Assembly (NCBI RefSeq): GCF_018350175.1
Contig: NC_058368.1
Span: forward strand, 75,580,001-75,644,000
Direction: 5' to 3'
Source: Felis catus
Lineage: Eukaryota
Length of the DNA: 64,000 nucleotides
The notes beneath the pieces are model-generated. The model had not been told where the DNA came from. It saw nothing but the letters and a program-made list of their open reading frames with translations, and did no database searches. This document shows positions 63,886-64,000 of this stretch, one piece after another. Numbering within the stretch: position 1 is the stretch's first letter; each line of letters opens with the position of its first letter. The position numbers and the translations under genes are program-made.

Positions 63886-64000
63886 CAGGGGAGGGGGCAG
63901 AGAGACAGGGAGACACAGAATCCGAAGCAGGCTCCAGGCTCTGAGCTGTCAGCACAGGACCCGACTCAGGGCTCGAACTCACAAATGGTGAGATGATGAC
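63824..64000 (-). mobile_element. Felid SINE, cut by the window end
   Basis: gagacacagaatccgaagcaggctccaggctctgagctgtcagcac. Confidence 0.95.

Overview
Repeat-rich mammalian non-coding DNA. The carnivore tRNA-derived SINEs (Can-SINE/SINEC) include the felid-type subfamily, which points to a cat-family (Felidae) genome. I found no credible host protein-coding exon, RNA gene, CRISPR array or prokaryotic-type system. Nearly all listed ORFs are SINE, L1 or simple-repeat artefacts. The only recognisable protein similarity is to L1 ORF2 (best preserved at 16947-17735) and to ERVL protease/RT (about 19870-20440). The window holds about 36 Can-SINEs, several L1s of different ages, a decayed minus-strand ERVL provirus with an LTR33-like LTR and nested insertions (19.9-23.5 kb), and MaLR LTRs, L2, MIR and hAT fossils. 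The L1s include a young copy bounded by target-site duplications (TSDs) and a twin-primed inverted copy. The most interesting unexplained parts are repeat-free, motif-dense stretches that look like enhancers (about 4.3-4.8, 30.9-33.8, 38.2-39.5 and 51.7-52.5 kb), plus several unusual insertion or repair structures. Repeat family names come from recalled consensus sequences, not from a search. Boundaries of old repeats are approximate. I cannot support a claim of a new biological system here.
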